Positions 21,091 through 31,849 of a DNA stretch of 64,000 nucleotides are shown here, one piece after another (the first letter of the stretch is position 1; each line of letters opens with the position of its first letter). The stretch spans positions 160,001 through 224,000 of the forward strand of contig CAWEJX010000001.1 of NCBI GenBank assembly GCA_963809485.1, read 5' to 3'. The position numbers were made by a program, and so were the translations under genes. The stretch is from an uncultured Acidobacteriota bacterium (GTDB lineage Bacteria; Acidobacteriota; UBA6911). The notes under the pieces are model-generated. The model saw nothing but the letters and a program-made list of their open reading frames with translations. It searched no databases and had not been told where the DNA came from.

Positions 21091-23820
21091 ATGGATCGAG
21101 CCAATCCAGATTCCGATTTCAAAGCGTCCATCGTATACCGTCAATCCGGCATGCCGGCCGCCGCCGCAGTACTGGCCTTCTCTCTGGGGATCGGTTTCTC
21201 ACTGCTTATCAGCGAATACTCGTTTGCCGGCCTGGCGCTGGCAGGCGCCTCCCTTGCCGGTGCATCTTTCCTGGCGCTGCGCAAGGGTCGTCTGAGTTTG
21301 GCGCTGGCCCTCGGGCTTGCAGCCGTCGGCCTGGGCGGAATGCTGATGGCGATTGCGCAGCGCGACGGCTTTTCGGATGCCGATCTTCGCTCTCTGTTGC
21401 CGCGGCGCGCCTTCAGGCTGGATGAGCCGGTTTCTTTCGAGGGGTGCGTGGCAGATGACAGTGTCAAGCGGGGCGACGAGAGCACGGCCGTCGTCGATAT
21501 GCGTGCATTCCTTCAAAATGGCCGATGGATTCCATGCAAGGGCAAGGGCTTAATCCGCATAGCCGCGATCAAAGCCGGAACCTCTTCTGCAGCCGATGCA
21601 AATCTTCTGCAGGGCGACAGGGTTCGGGGATGGGCCGTCTGGCATATACCCCGCAACTATGGCAATCCGGGGTCCGTCGACCGAAAAGCTTCCCTCGCAC
21701 GGCGCGGAATTTTCATCATCGGCAGAGTCAAGTCGCCCCGCCTCCTGGAAACAGTCCCCGGAGGCTGTGCCAGCCCATGGACAAAGCCCGCGGTCTCGGT
21801 ACGGGAGCATGTGCGCAACAGCTTCGCGCCGATTGGCGCAATGAGAGACCGGCAACCGGCGGCCATCCTGGCCAGTTTGACCGTCGGGGATTATTCAGGG
21901 CTGGATACCGGCACTCGGGAAGTCTTTCAAAATTCGGGGACATTTCATGTCCTGATTGTTTCGGGGCTTCACGTGGCATGGATTGCCGGAGTGCTGCTTC
22001 TTTTTCTAAAATGGGCCGGCGTACCGGAACGTATCCGTTATCTGCTGGCCGCGCTCGTGATATATTTCTACACCCTCGTGGTCGGCTTTCAGGCAAGCAT
22101 CACCCGCTGCCTCTGGATGTTCATTCTCTACCTGCTTGGCCGATTTATTCTGCGCAGGGCCTCTGCGGCAAACATCCTGTGCGCCTCAGCACTGCTCCTG
22201 CTGGCCGCGAAGCCGGACTGGCTGCTCGAAGCGGGATTCCAGCTTTCCTTCCTCTCCGTCACAGCCATCGCCCTGACCGCGGCGCCGGCTATCGAGAACC
22301 ATTTGAGGCCGTTGCTGGAGCCTTTGCGGCATGCCGGGGATCCCGCTCGCCTGTTTCTTAAGCCCGGGCGCTGGCATCGACTGGGCCGGAGTCTTCGGAC
22401 ACGGGGCGAGATCCTCGTGGAAAGCATTTCGGAGGTTCTCCACCCTGTCGCGTCGGCGGTGCTATTCCGGGCTTACAGGGTGACGGCCGGCGCGATCATG
22501 GCCGCCGGCAGCGTGGTTTTGGTGTCGATTGCCATTCAGTTCTGGATTGAACCGGTTCTCGCCTGCCGCTTCAACCGCATGAGCTGGATATCTCCATTTT
22601 CCAATCTGTTGATCATTCCTCTCTCCTCTTTAACCCTGGCCGCAGGCCTGGCCGCCTCACTCCTGGAGGAAACACCCTATTTCGGGAAAGCACTCCTGCA
22701 CTGTGCCGGCTTGCTGGCTTCCCTGCTATCCCGTGGAGCGGCCTGGACAGCAGCTTTGGCCGGCGCGTGGCAGCGCTGCCCGACGCCCACTGCACCCTGG
22801 ATTGTTGCGGGCATACTGCTCCTTTTTGCCTGGGGTTTTTTTCGTTGGCGGCACGCATGGATTCCATATTCCTATATCCTGATCCTGCTTGCCTGCCTGT
22901 CGCTCGGATCCGCCCCGGGCCTTGGAATCCTGATCCGCGGATGCGAGTCGCTGACTCGCGGCAGTCCTGAAGTGTTCTGGCCGGAAAATGCGCCTGTTTT
23001 GAGCTTTACGTTCCTCGATGTGGGCGAAGGAGACTCCGCCTTTATTCGTTTTCCCGATGGACGGAAATGGCTTGTGGACGCGGGAGGTCTGCTGCAGGGG
23101 GCTTCCAGGGATGATAATGCCTATGCTTTCGATATAGGCGAAGCCGTTGTGAGCCGCTATCTATGGCACGCCTGGATCACCCGGCTGGACCGTTTAATTC
23201 TTTCCCACACGGACCTCGATCACGCGGGCGGAGCTCCCTCGATCCTGAAGAATTTCAGGGTTAGGAGATTGGATTGCCTGCAGTCGGATCCGCGTATGGT
23301 TCCCGACAGGATACTGACTGCCGCCCGTCAGAGGCGGACGGCCGCAAATCAGCCATGTGCAGGCGTCGGGGAAAGAGTGGGCCCGGTGCAGGTGCGGGTT
23401 CTCCATCCCCCTGCCGACTTCAAATCGGCCTCATCCAATGACAACTCCATAGTGCTCGAATTTGCATTCAAGCGATTCTCGGCTCTTCTGAATGGAGACC
23501 TGGAAAAGTCCGGAGAAGCGGAAGTTCTATCTCGCTCGAGCGACCTGCAGGGCCTCCTGCTCAAGGTCGCGCACCATGGAAGCCGCTCCGCAACAACGAA
23601 TGCTCTCCTCGAGCGCGCTGGAACGCGCTGGGCCATAATATCGGCTGGCCGAAACAATCCCTACGGCCATCCTTCATCGGAAGTCATGGACCGACTTCAG
23701 CGCCACGGAGCGCGAACTTTTCTGACAATGAACGAAGGAGCCATCACTTTTGAAACCGATGGCGAAGCTTACGTCATCAGCAGTTATATGCGCGGAGTTT
23801 TGGAGAGCGGGGAATTGTAG
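21091..23820 (+). CDS. comEC: ComEC/Rec2 DNA-uptake channel protein
   Basis: DUF4131-like N-terminus, HVLIVSGLHV, GFQLSF, MBL domain LDVGEGD, SHTDLDHAGG, KVAHHGS, NPYGHP. Confidence 0.93.
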   Translation: MDRANPDSDFKASIVYRQSGMPAAAAVLAFSLGIGFSLLISEYSFAGLALAGASLAGASFLALRKGRLSLALALGLAAVGLGGMLMAIAQRDGFSDADLRSLLPRRAFRLDEPVSFEGCVADDSVKRGDESTAVVDMRAFLQNGRWIPCKGKGLIRIAAIKAGTSSAADANLLQGDRVRGWAVWHIPRNYGNPGSVDRKASLARRGIFIIGRVKSPRLLETVPGGCASPWTKPAVSVREHVRNSFAPIGAMRDRQPAAILASLTVGDYSGLDTGTREVFQNSGTFHVLIVSGLHVAWIAGVLLLFLKWAGVPERIRYLLAALVIYFYTLVVGFQASITRCLWMFILYLLGRFILRRASAANILCASALLLLAAKPDWLLEAGFQLSFLSVTAIALTAAPAIENHLRPLLEPLRHAGDPARLFLKPGRWHRLGRSLRTRGEILVESISEVLHPVASAVLFRAYRVTAGAIMAAGSVVLVSIAIQFWIEPVLACRFNRMSWISPFSNLLIIPLSSLTLAAGLAASLLEETPYFGKALLHCAGLLASLLSRGAAWTAALAGAWQRCPTPTAPWIVAGILLLFAWGFFRWRHAWIPYSYILILLACLSLGSAPGLGILIRGCESLTRGSPEVFWPENAPVLSFTFLDVGEGDSAFIRFPDGRKWLVDAGGLLQGASRDDNAYAFDIGEAVVSRYLWHAWITRLDRLILSHTDLDHAGGAPSILKNFRVRRLDCLQSDPRMVPDRILTAARQRRTAANQPCAGVGERVGPVQVRVLHPPADFKSASSNDNSIVLEFAFKRFSALLNGDLEKSGEAEVLSRSSDLQGLLLKVAHHGSRSATTNALLERAGTRWAIISAGRNNPYGHPSSEVMDRLQRHGARTFLTMNEGAITFETDGEAYVISSYMRGVLESGEL

Positions 23821-23879
23821 TGGTTAGTGGTTAGTGTAATTACGAATGGCGAATTGCATGCAATTCGCCATTCGTAATT
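23817..23879. repeat. Heptamer repeats plus a perfect 42-bp palindrome at the comEC 3' end
   Basis: GTAGTGGTTAGTGGTTAGTG followed by AATTACGAATGGCGAATTGCA|TGCAATTCGCCATTCGTAATT (23838-23879). Confidence 0.85.
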
Positions 23880-23884
23880 TGTCA

Positions 23885-24240
23885 TTAGTTTATGATCAGA
23901 ATCTGGCCCGACATCCCCTGTTCATAAGTGCTCCAGCCTGAATTCATCCAGTAAGGGCACCTATGGAGGATAGCTTCGATACGGCGGATTTTGCCTTCCT
24001 CGACTTTAAACAATTCCGCAACTTGCCAGGTCCATGGTTCGGCGGGGCCGGCTACCACGTCCCGTCCATCGGGAGTCCTAAAATAACGCGATTTGCCTGC
24101 CGCGCGGTCGAAGAAACAAAAAATGAACACGATCCACCGCCACAAAACGGCGATCGCGGATGTGCGCTGCAAAGTGAATGAGTCCGGATTCGAATGGCTC
24201 CCTGCAGCCCCATGCCAATGAATAAACGGCCGACGTTCGC
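23885..24240 (-). pseudogene. Decayed C-terminal part of a hypothetical protein
   Basis: MGCREPFESGLIHFAAHIRDRRFVAVD in one frame and FFDRAAG...WQVAELFKVEEGKIRRIEAIL in another; no plausible start. Confidence 0.5.
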
Positions 24241-24416
24241 GGATCCGGCCTTTTCTAACCGGGTTTCAAAGGAACGTTGGTCGCGCGCCCGCCGAAATGT
24301 TCAGGCAGCCGGCAAGACATTTAACGATGAGCCTTGGGCAACCCGATGGGCAGATTCGGGGCCGTCAATTCGGGGTTTGGGCCCTCGAATCTCGACGCAA
24401 TTCAGGACCGCCGGCT

Positions 24417-25406
24417 TTATTTGCGCGACATGATCGCGCGCATGTATTGCGCCCGCTCAAAGGCTGCAGGATCGGCGCAGTACTTCTGGCTCATGGTCCC
24501 CTGAAGCTGACGAACCGACTGGTAATCATGATCGGTCAGCCAGTTGGACATCTCCGTTTCCATTTCCCGGATCACGGAGAGTCCTTTGCTGAGAAGAACC
24601 GAACAAAGCATTGTGACATCGGCACCGACCATCAGCATCTTCAGGGCGTCCTTGCCGCTATGAATTCCGGTAGTTGCCGCAAGGTCGGCCTTGACGCGGC
24701 CGAACAGGATTGCAATCCAGCGCAGAGGCAGACGCATCTCGTGAGCTGTGCTGAGTTGGATGTTCGTCTGAACCTCAAGGTCTTCCAGGCTGATGTCCGG
24801 CTGATAGAATCGGTTGAACAGAACCAGGCCATCCGCTCCCGCCTGATCCAGCCGTTTCGCCATGTTGGCCATATTGCTGAAAAAGGGGCTCAATTTAACG
24901 GCCACGGGGATGCTGACGACCGATTTGACCGCCGTCACTATGTCAAGGCAGGACTGCTCGATTTCGATCGACGTCCGGTCCATCTCCGTCGGGATGGAAT
25001 AGACGTTGAGTTCGAGTGCATCCGCGCCGGCCTGCTGGATCTTTTTTGAGTAGTCGATCCAGCCGCCGATCGCCGTGCCATTCAGGCTGGCGATAATCGG
25101 CAGGCGCACGGCTTCTTTGGCTTTTCTTATCTTGCCAAGATATTCCTCGGGCCCTGTGACGAATTCGGCCGGCTTCGGGAAAAAGGACTGGGCTTCGGCA
25201 AAACTGTCGGTCCCGTACATCAGGTGATATTGAATGTCATCCTGCTCGCTTCTCACCTGCTCCTCGAAGACCGAGTGCAGTACGACAGCGGAAGCGCCGG
25301 CGTCCTCCATGCGTTTAATGTTGTCCAGTTCGTCTGAAAGCGGCGAGGCAGAAGGCACCAATGGGGTGCGCAAATTCAATCCTAGGTATCTGGTGGTCAA
25401 ATCCAT
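24417..25406 (-). CDS. Dihydroorotate dehydrogenase-like flavoprotein
   Basis: MDLTTRYLGLNLRTPLVPSASPL, ALELN, VAVKLSPFF, GLVLFNRFYQPD; the DHOD-like subfamily rather than PyrD. Confidence 0.88.
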   Translation of the reverse strand: MDLTTRYLGLNLRTPLVPSASPLSDELDNIKRMEDAGASAVVLHSVFEEQVRSEQDDIQYHLMYGTDSFAEAQSFFPKPAEFVTGPEEYLGKIRKAKEAVRLPIIASLNGTAIGGWIDYSKKIQQAGADALELNVYSIPTEMDRTSIEIEQSCLDIVTAVKSVVSIPVAVKLSPFFSNMANMAKRLDQAGADGLVLFNRFYQPDISLEDLEVQTNIQLSTAHEMRLPLRWIAILFGRVKADLAATTGIHSGKDALKMLMVGADVTMLCSVLLSKGLSVIREMETEMSNWLTDHDYQSVRQLQGTMSQKYCADPAAFERAQYMRAIMSRK

Positions 25407-25504
25407 ATTAAGATCTCCGATGCAATGGGATTCATTGATCCCGGCAAATTAGGCAAATGCAAGCCGGGACCGGCGCAGAAAAAATGCTGTCCCGACAATT
25501 GTCT

Positions 25505-28270
25505 CTACAGTTCAATTTCAGCCCTGATGATCCCGTCCTCCTCCAGGTTGAGCCGGCGGAAGCCGAGCCTGTCTATTATTCTCAGCATATCCCGGTTCTC
25601 TGGCAAGATATCGCCATATATCCGGCTCAGCTTTTCGTCGCGGCCGATTTCTACCAGGCGTCTTAAAAGCTCGAGCCCCAGTCCGCGACGATGCCAATTA
25701 TCGCTCACAAGAATCGCGAATTCTGCTTCTTTGGTGCCATGCAGCCTGTTCATACGGCCGACGGCAAGTATCTCCTGGTCTCCGCTTTCAGGAATGGTCC
25801 GCGAAACAACCAGTGCCATTTCGCGCGCGTAGTCGATAAAACACATTCGCGTTAGGCGTTCATGGGCGATGCGCTGGGGCAAACGCATGGCATGGAAATA
25901 GCGAAAGTAGACGCTGCGCTCTGAAAGCGTTTCGTGAAACTTGACCATGAGCGGTTCATCCTCCGGCCTGATTGGCCGGATTGTCACCGGTGTCCCGTCG
26001 GGCATCTTCCATGGATGGACATACTGGGTAGGATAGGGCCGAATGGCAAGTTCGGGGATGGATTCTGCCCTGACATCTGCCCCGTGCAGAACCACGCGCG
26101 CATCCAGGGCCATAATCCGTCCCGATGAGGCCAGCAAAGGATTGATGTCGATTTCTTTTATCCACCGTTGCTCGACCACGAGAAGGCTGAAATGGACCAG
26201 GAGCTGCTCCATGGCCCTCAGGTCGATATTCGAGCGTGAGTCCCTGAGGGCCGAGTAAATGCGCGTCTGTTCCATGACTCGACGGGCGAGCGTCATGTTC
26301 AGGGGCGGCAGGGCCAGCGCGTGGTCCTCGAAATAATCGAGCAGCCGGCCGCCGGCGCCGAAAAGTAATACCGGGCCGAACTGCGGGTCGACACTGCTGC
26401 CGAGGATGATTTCATAGCCGTCATGCTTGACCATCGGCTGAACGGTGACGCCCTGGAAATGCTCGGGGCCGAAATTCTCCCGGACCGCTGATCGTATTTT
26501 GCGATAAGCAATGCGGACCGCCACCGAATCCGGAAGGCTAAGGTAGACTCCTCCCGCATCGGATTTGTGCGCGATGGTGTGGGATAGCAGCTTCAGTACC
26601 ACCGGATACCCAATGGAGTCTGCAGCCTGAGCGGCCTGGTCTTCATTCAACGCCAACCGGGTTTCGACTGTCGGGATGCCGTATGCATTCAAAACCTTTT
26701 TGGATTCGAATTCATTGAGGAGCGTGCTGCCCGATCTGCGGGCATCGCGGATCATTTCTTCGGCCAATGCGCAATCTCTAACGGGATCCAGAGACTGGGG
26801 CAATATGGGAGTTTCGTATAGGCCGCGCAAGTTATAGGTATAGCGCCACATATAGTTAAACGCGCGCACGGCCGTGTCGGGATACGGGAAGGTTGGAATG
26901 TTGTTGCGGTTCAAGATGGTCTCGCCCGTCGCCACATCAGTCCCTCCCATCCAGCTGGCAAGGATCGGCTTGCCGTCGAGTCTTGCCAGCGGCCTCAGCT
27001 GTTCCGCGGTTCGCGTCGGATCCGTGTTGGCCTGAGGCGTCAGAATGACCAGAACACCGTCGTTGTTCGGATCCTTTGCGGCGATTTCAACGGCGCTGAA
27101 ATAACGCTCCGGCGAAGCGTCGCCCAAAATGTCAATAGGGTTGTTGTGGCTCCAGTGCCAGGGCAGCAGGTGATTGAGCGCGTTCATGGATTCCTGGGAC
27201 AGTTCCGCCAGTTCGCCGCCGCTGCCGATCAGTGCGTCCGTTGCAAGCACTCCCAATCCACCGGCGTTCGTCACAATTGCAAGGCGGGGGCCCTTGGGCC
27301 TGGGCTGCCTGGCAAGCACCTCGGCCATATCAAACAGTTCGGAAATATTGTTCACACGCAGCACGCCGCCACGCCTGAACGCCGCATCCAGGACATCATC
27401 CGATCCCGTCAGAGAACCCGTGTGTGAAGTGGCAGCCCTGACCGCAGCCTCCGTCCGGCCCGCTTTGATGACAATGATGGGCTTGGTAAGCGCAACTTCC
27501 CGGGCGGCAGACAAGAAAGACTGCGCATCCCCGACAGACTCCATGTAGATTACGATGCTGCGCGTCCTCTGATCATCGCCCAGGTAGTCTATGAGGTCCC
27601 CCCAGCCGACGTCCGCCATCGAGCCAATGGAAATAAAGCAACTGAAACCCACCATTTCCCGAAGGCTCCAGTCAAGGACCGCAGTGCACAGCGCGCCGCT
27701 CTGGCTGATGAAGGCTACATTGCCCGGCCGGGCCATGCCGACGGCAAAAGTGGCATTCAGACCGGTCAAAGGACTCATGACTCCGAGGCAATTGGGACCG
27801 ATGATACGGAGTGAGCCGCGCCGGGCGTTTTTGAGAATCTCATTCTCGAGTTGGAGACCGGCATGACCGATTTCCTTGAATCCGGCGGACAGGATAATGG
27901 CGCCTCGTACTCCTGCATCGGAGCATTCAGAGATGAGGTCCGGAACGGTATCAGGGGGCGTTGCCAGCACGGCCAGATCCACTTTTTCCGGTACGGATGC
28001 AATACTGGGATAGGCCTTGATCCCGAGAACGCTTGTCCGTTCAGGGTTTACGGGAAATACCGTCCCTCCGAAGGGATTGGTAACCAGATTCCAAAGCACG
28101 GTTCGCCCCATGCTGCCCGCGATCTCATTCGCTCCCAGGACGGCAACTGTTCGGGGAGAGAAAAATACGCTCAGAGGCTGCTTAGCCCACCGGAGTATAT
28201 TGCTTGCCGAATCAATCCGGGGAAGCCCGGTTTGTGCCGTTCCGGATCCGGCGTCGCTATCTGCAAACAT
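25505..28270 (-). CDS. pat: Acetate-CoA ligase-like/GNAT fusion, Pat-type protein lysine acetyltransferase
   Basis: CoA-binding domain, [21 protein letters not shown]-grasp HKSDAGGV, C-terminal [13 protein letters not shown]...WHRRGLG. Confidence 0.88.
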   Translation of the reverse strand: MFADSDAGSGTAQTGLPRIDSASNILRWAKQPLSVFFSPRTVAVLGANEIAGSMGRTVLWNLVTNPFGGTVFPVNPERTSVLGIKAYPSIASVPEKVDLAVLATPPDTVPDLISECSDAGVRGAIILSAGFKEIGHAGLQLENEILKNARRGSLRIIGPNCLGVMSPLTGLNATFAVGMARPGNVAFISQSGALCTAVLDWSLREMVGFSCFISIGSMADVGWGDLIDYLGDDQRTRSIVIYMESVGDAQSFLSAAREVALTKPIIVIKAGRTEAAVRAATSHTGSLTGSDDVLDAAFRRGGVLRVNNISELFDMAEVLARQPRPKGPRLAIVTNAGGLGVLATDALIGSGGELAELSQESMNALNHLLPWHWSHNNPIDILGDASPERYFSAVEIAAKDPNNDGVLVILTPQANTDPTRTAEQLRPLARLDGKPILASWMGGTDVATGETILNRNNIPTFPYPDTAVRAFNYMWRYTYNLRGLYETPILPQSLDPVRDCALAEEMIRDARRSGSTLLNEFESKKVLNAYGIPTVETRLALNEDQAAQAADSIGYPVVLKLLSHTIAHKSDAGGVYLSLPDSVAVRIAYRKIRSAVRENFGPEHFQGVTVQPMVKHDGYEIILGSSVDPQFGPVLLFGAGGRLLDYFEDHALALPPLNMTLARRVMEQTRIYSALRDSRSNIDLRAMEQLLVHFSLLVVEQRWIKEIDINPLLASSGRIMALDARVVLHGADVRAESIPELAIRPYPTQYVHPWKMPDGTPVTIRPIRPEDEPLMVKFHETLSERSVYFRYFHAMRLPQRIAHERLTRMCFIDYAREMALVVSRTIPESGDQEILAVGRMNRLHGTKEAEFAILVSDNWHRRGLGLELLRRLVEIGRDEKLSRIYGDILPENRDMLRIIDRLGFRRLNLEEDGIIRAEIEL

Positions 28271-28916
28271 ATATCGATCCCGGTGAATTTCGTTGGAGTG
28301 CCCTTGGGATAAGGCCCTGATCCTATCCCAACCATTACCTGTTTCGGCAAGATATTACCAGCCGCGCGTCTCCGGATCCACAACTGAAAAGTGAAGGACC
28401 CCGGAGTCGAACGGCTTGCCTCTGAAGCAGCTCACTTGAAACAAATTCAAAGAGAATAAAATATTGAGAAACTGACGGGGTCCGGTTCATCCAAACCATA
28501 GATCGATCTCATGCCTGGACCAGGGAGCCAGCGGAGGAATCACCTATGTTAAACCATAAAAGCACCCTATTAACAACGCTCAGCGGATCCCGGCGCCAGG
28601 GTCCTCCCGGCCCTATTCCCAAAGCCCCGATTGGCGTAGCCGGCGACCCTGGCCTTTTTAGGAATGATCGAATTCATAATACGGCCTGTGCTTCAGTGAT
28701 ATGGCGTATATGGCTTCTGCCTGCCAGATCTCGTGCCATTTGCCCGCGTTCTCCAGCGCATGGACGGGTGCAAACCGGTCCTATCCAGCCGTGCCCTCTG
28801 TTGAATCCCGAAAGCCGCTCTGCCGGGCTGAAACCGATGGATTGAGGCGGCCATCGCTACCGGCTTTTAGCATTTATCGGTTGATTCTGCAATCCACCTC
28901 GGTAAGAATACCGCCC

Positions 28917-31802
28917 ATGGATGCTGCAATTATAAGTCGAATCGTTCAGGAGACTTTTATACCCGAGAGCTCTGTCGCGGCTACTGTCGCGCTTTTCGAG
29001 AAGGGAGCAACAGGGCCCTTTATTGTCCATTACCGCAAGGAAGCCACGGGCGGCCTGGACGAGGCCAAGGTCCGCTCCATTCAGGAACGAATGGCGCACT
29101 ACCGCGAGGTGTGGGACCAACGTGTGTCGCTTCTGAAGTTTCTATCCGATCAGGGAAAATTGACGGATGAGCTGCGGGCAAAAATTGAAAGCCATTTCAC
29201 CAAAGTTGAGCTGGATGATCTCCACCATCAGTTCCGTCCCAGGAAGAAGACGCGGGCAACCGAAGCCATTGAAAGAGGCCTGGAGCCCCTGGCTGAATAC
29301 TTCTGGAACCAGGAACCGGACGCCTGGAGCGTCGAGGAGCATATCGATGTTTTCGTGGATCCCGCCAAAGGCATTTCCACGCGAGAGCAGGCGCTGCAGG
29401 GTGTAGTGGATATCCTTGCGGAGTGGATCTGGGAAAACGCCGACTATCGCCGGACTCTCCGCGAGCTTTTATGGAATGAGGGATTCGTTGTCTCGACGGT
29501 CGTACCCGCGAAGATAGGTCAAAAAACCAAATACAACATGTACTATGAACGGCGCGAATCCGTTACCACAATTCCATCGCATCGCGTTCTGGCCATACGG
29601 CGCGGATGCAAGGAAGGAATTCTTGTCTCATCCATAGAGTGCGACAACTCCAAGGCGACGGAATGCATTCTCGCTCCGGTCATCAAAGATAGGGAGTCGT
29701 TTTTTGCGCCGGTTCTCGAGGCTGCGGTGAGGGAAAGCTATAACCGGATCCTGCGCCCGCTGATCGAAACCGAGGTACGGACGCAATTGAAGGAGAGAGC
29801 GGACCGCGAAGCTATCCGCGTATTTCAGGAAAACCTGGCCAACCTTCTGCTTGCGCCGCCGGCCGGTCCCATTGTCGTCATGGGAGTAGACTGGGGAAAG
29901 GGCGACGAGTGCAGCGTCGCGGTAATCAACGAGGCGGGCCTATTCATCGAGGGCGCAAAGATACGGCTGACTCCGGCTCCTGTGTTCCCCAAAGCCCGGC
30001 CGGAACCGGTCTCCCCTCCCCAGGAACCCGAACCGCAATCCCAGGTTCCTGATCTGAAGCCGGCCGAGGAACGGATAGAGACGGCGCCGGAAACAACGGT
30101 GCCGCTGGAATCTCCGGAAGATCCTCCACCGCAGGAAATGGTTGCAGCCGAGGCAATGCCGCCGGACGCGCCCCTCCCCTCGGAAACGGATGAAGGGGAA
30201 TCCGGCCAGCCGGCGGCGGAGAATCATGCCGAAGCCGCCTCTGTTGTTGAGCCCTCAGCCATACAGGATTGCGCAGCCGCCGCCGAGGCTTCACCTGCGG
30301 AAATTTCACCCGCAGCTTCGCCCGACGTCTCAACCGAGCCGGAGAGGTTGCCCCAATCCGAGCCCGATATGAGCGACACCGATGCCAGCCCCCCCCTTGA
30401 GGAGGCGCGCAGCGTCCTTCGCGGCCTTCTGGCCAAATATCACGTCCGCGCAATCTCGATCGGCGCCGGTACCGGTGCGCGCGAGTTGGAGACTGCGCTG
30501 CGGGAAATTGTTTCCGAGGAGGGTTTCCACGACATTCTGGTCGCTGCCGTCAATGATGCCGGGATCGCAATTTACTCCTCTTCCCGTATCGCCCGCGAGG
30601 AGTTTCCCGATTGGAACGCATCGGCCCGATGCGCCGTAAGCCTGGCACGAAGGCTGCAGGATCCCCTGGCCGAGCTTGTAAAAATCGACCCGAAACTGAT
30701 TGGCGTCGGACAGTATCAACACGACGTGGATCAGAAGGAACTCCACCGAGGGCTTTTGCAGACGGTACAGTACTGCGTCAACAAGGTGGGAGTGAACGTC
30801 AACACTGCGGGAGAGAGCCTGCTGCGCTACGTCTCGGGCCTGAACGAGAAGCTTTCACGCCGGCTTGTCGCCTGCAGGAATGCACAAGGCCCGTTCCGTT
30901 CCCGATCTTCAATTCAATCAGCGACGGGAATGGATGCATCGACGTACGAGCAGTCCGCAGGCTTTTTGCGCATTGCGGACGGTGAAAACGCGCTCGACCG
31001 GACGGCAGTCCATCCTGAGTCCTATCCGATGGTCGAGAAAATGGCGGCTGCCCTGAATGTCGGGATCACCGATCTGATAGGAAACAGAGAGCTCATATCG
31101 TCTTTGAGACTTGAGGATTTTGTCACCGAGGCGGCGGGTATTCCAACTCTGAATGATATTCGTGAGGAGATTCTGCGTCCCGGACGGGATCCCAGAAAAA
31201 CTTTCAAAATACCCAAATTCCGTGCCGATGTAAAAGAGATGTCCGATCTGAAACCGGGCATGACCCTGGAAGGCACGGTTACCAACGTGACCAATTTCGG
31301 CGCATTTGTGGATGTCGGCGTGCGCCAGGATGGACTGGTTCATCTCAGTCAGATGTCGAATCGATTCATCCGCGATCCAAGGGAAGCCGTAAAGGTCGGG
31401 GATGTCGTGCAGGTAAAAGTGATATCTGTCGAGCCGGAGACCAAGAGAATCGGGCTATCCATGAAGGCTCTGTTACCTGCAGCGCAGAGGCGGCGGAAAA
31501 AACAACAGAAGCGAAGCCCAAAACCTGTTGAGTCGGCCGGACAAACCGAAGGCATGGCTGATTCGCAGCCCGCCGATGCCGCTTCCGTGTCAGCCTCCGT
31601 CGGAAAATCCGCATCCGCTGGTCAGCGCCCGAGATCCGGCAAACCTCACGATGGACCTCCCCGGCGTCGCAGGCGAGCAATCCGCCGGCGTGAAATAGCG
31701 GAGGAAACGCAGCAACCGAAAGAATCGGAGCCCAAGTTGCCCGAACCCACCCTTCAGGAGAAAATAGCAATCCTGCAGTCCAAGTTTCGAGGAATCAGTT
31801 AA
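28917..31802 (+). CDS. tex: Tex-family transcriptional accessory/RNA-binding protein with an acidic Pro-rich insertion
   Basis: PFIVHYRKEATGGLDE, SHRVLAIRRG, ARRLQDPLAELVKIDPK.IGVGQYQHDV, S1 domain NVTNFGAFVDVGV. Confidence 0.92.
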   Translation: MDAAIISRIVQETFIPESSVAATVALFEKGATGPFIVHYRKEATGGLDEAKVRSIQERMAHYREVWDQRVSLLKFLSDQGKLTDELRAKIESHFTKVELDDLHHQFRPRKKTRATEAIERGLEPLAEYFWNQEPDAWSVEEHIDVFVDPAKGISTREQALQGVVDILAEWIWENADYRRTLRELLWNEGFVVSTVVPAKIGQKTKYNMYYERRESVTTIPSHRVLAIRRGCKEGILVSSIECDNSKATECILAPVIKDRESFFAPVLEAAVRESYNRILRPLIETEVRTQLKERADREAIRVFQENLANLLLAPPAGPIVVMGVDWGKGDECSVAVINEAGLFIEGAKIRLTPAPVFPKARPEPVSPPQEPEPQSQVPDLKPAEERIETAPETTVPLESPEDPPPQEMVAAEAMPPDAPLPSETDEGESGQPAAENHAEAASVVEPSAIQDCAAAAEASPAEISPAASPDVSTEPERLPQSEPDMSDTDASPPLEEARSVLRGLLAKYHVRAISIGAGTGARELETALREIVSEEGFHDILVAAVNDAGIAIYSSSRIAREEFPDWNASARCAVSLARRLQDPLAELVKIDPKLIGVGQYQHDVDQKELHRGLLQTVQYCVNKVGVNVNTAGESLLRYVSGLNEKLSRRLVACRNAQGPFRSRSSIQSATGMDASTYEQSAGFLRIADGENALDRTAVHPESYPMVEKMAAALNVGITDLIGNRELISSLRLEDFVTEAAGIPTLNDIREEILRPGRDPRKTFKIPKFRADVKEMSDLKPGMTLEGTVTNVTNFGAFVDVGVRQDGLVHLSQMSNRFIRDPREAVKVGDVVQVKVISVEPETKRIGLSMKALLPAAQRRRKKQQKRSPKPVESAGQTEGMADSQPADAASVSASVGKSASAGQRPRSGKPHDGPPRRRRRAIRRREIAEETQQPKESEPKLPEPTLQEKIAILQSKFRGIS

Positions 31803-31849
31803 GACGGACGCGCGGTGGCAGCAGCTCTTTTTAGTCCTCCGGATATACC

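Noticed and set aside
28390-28500. Possible riboswitch or tRNA-like structure upstream of pat (GGACCCC...GGGGTCC)
   Set aside because: Only a 7-bp long-range pairing; no recognisable aptamer consensus or cloverleaf.
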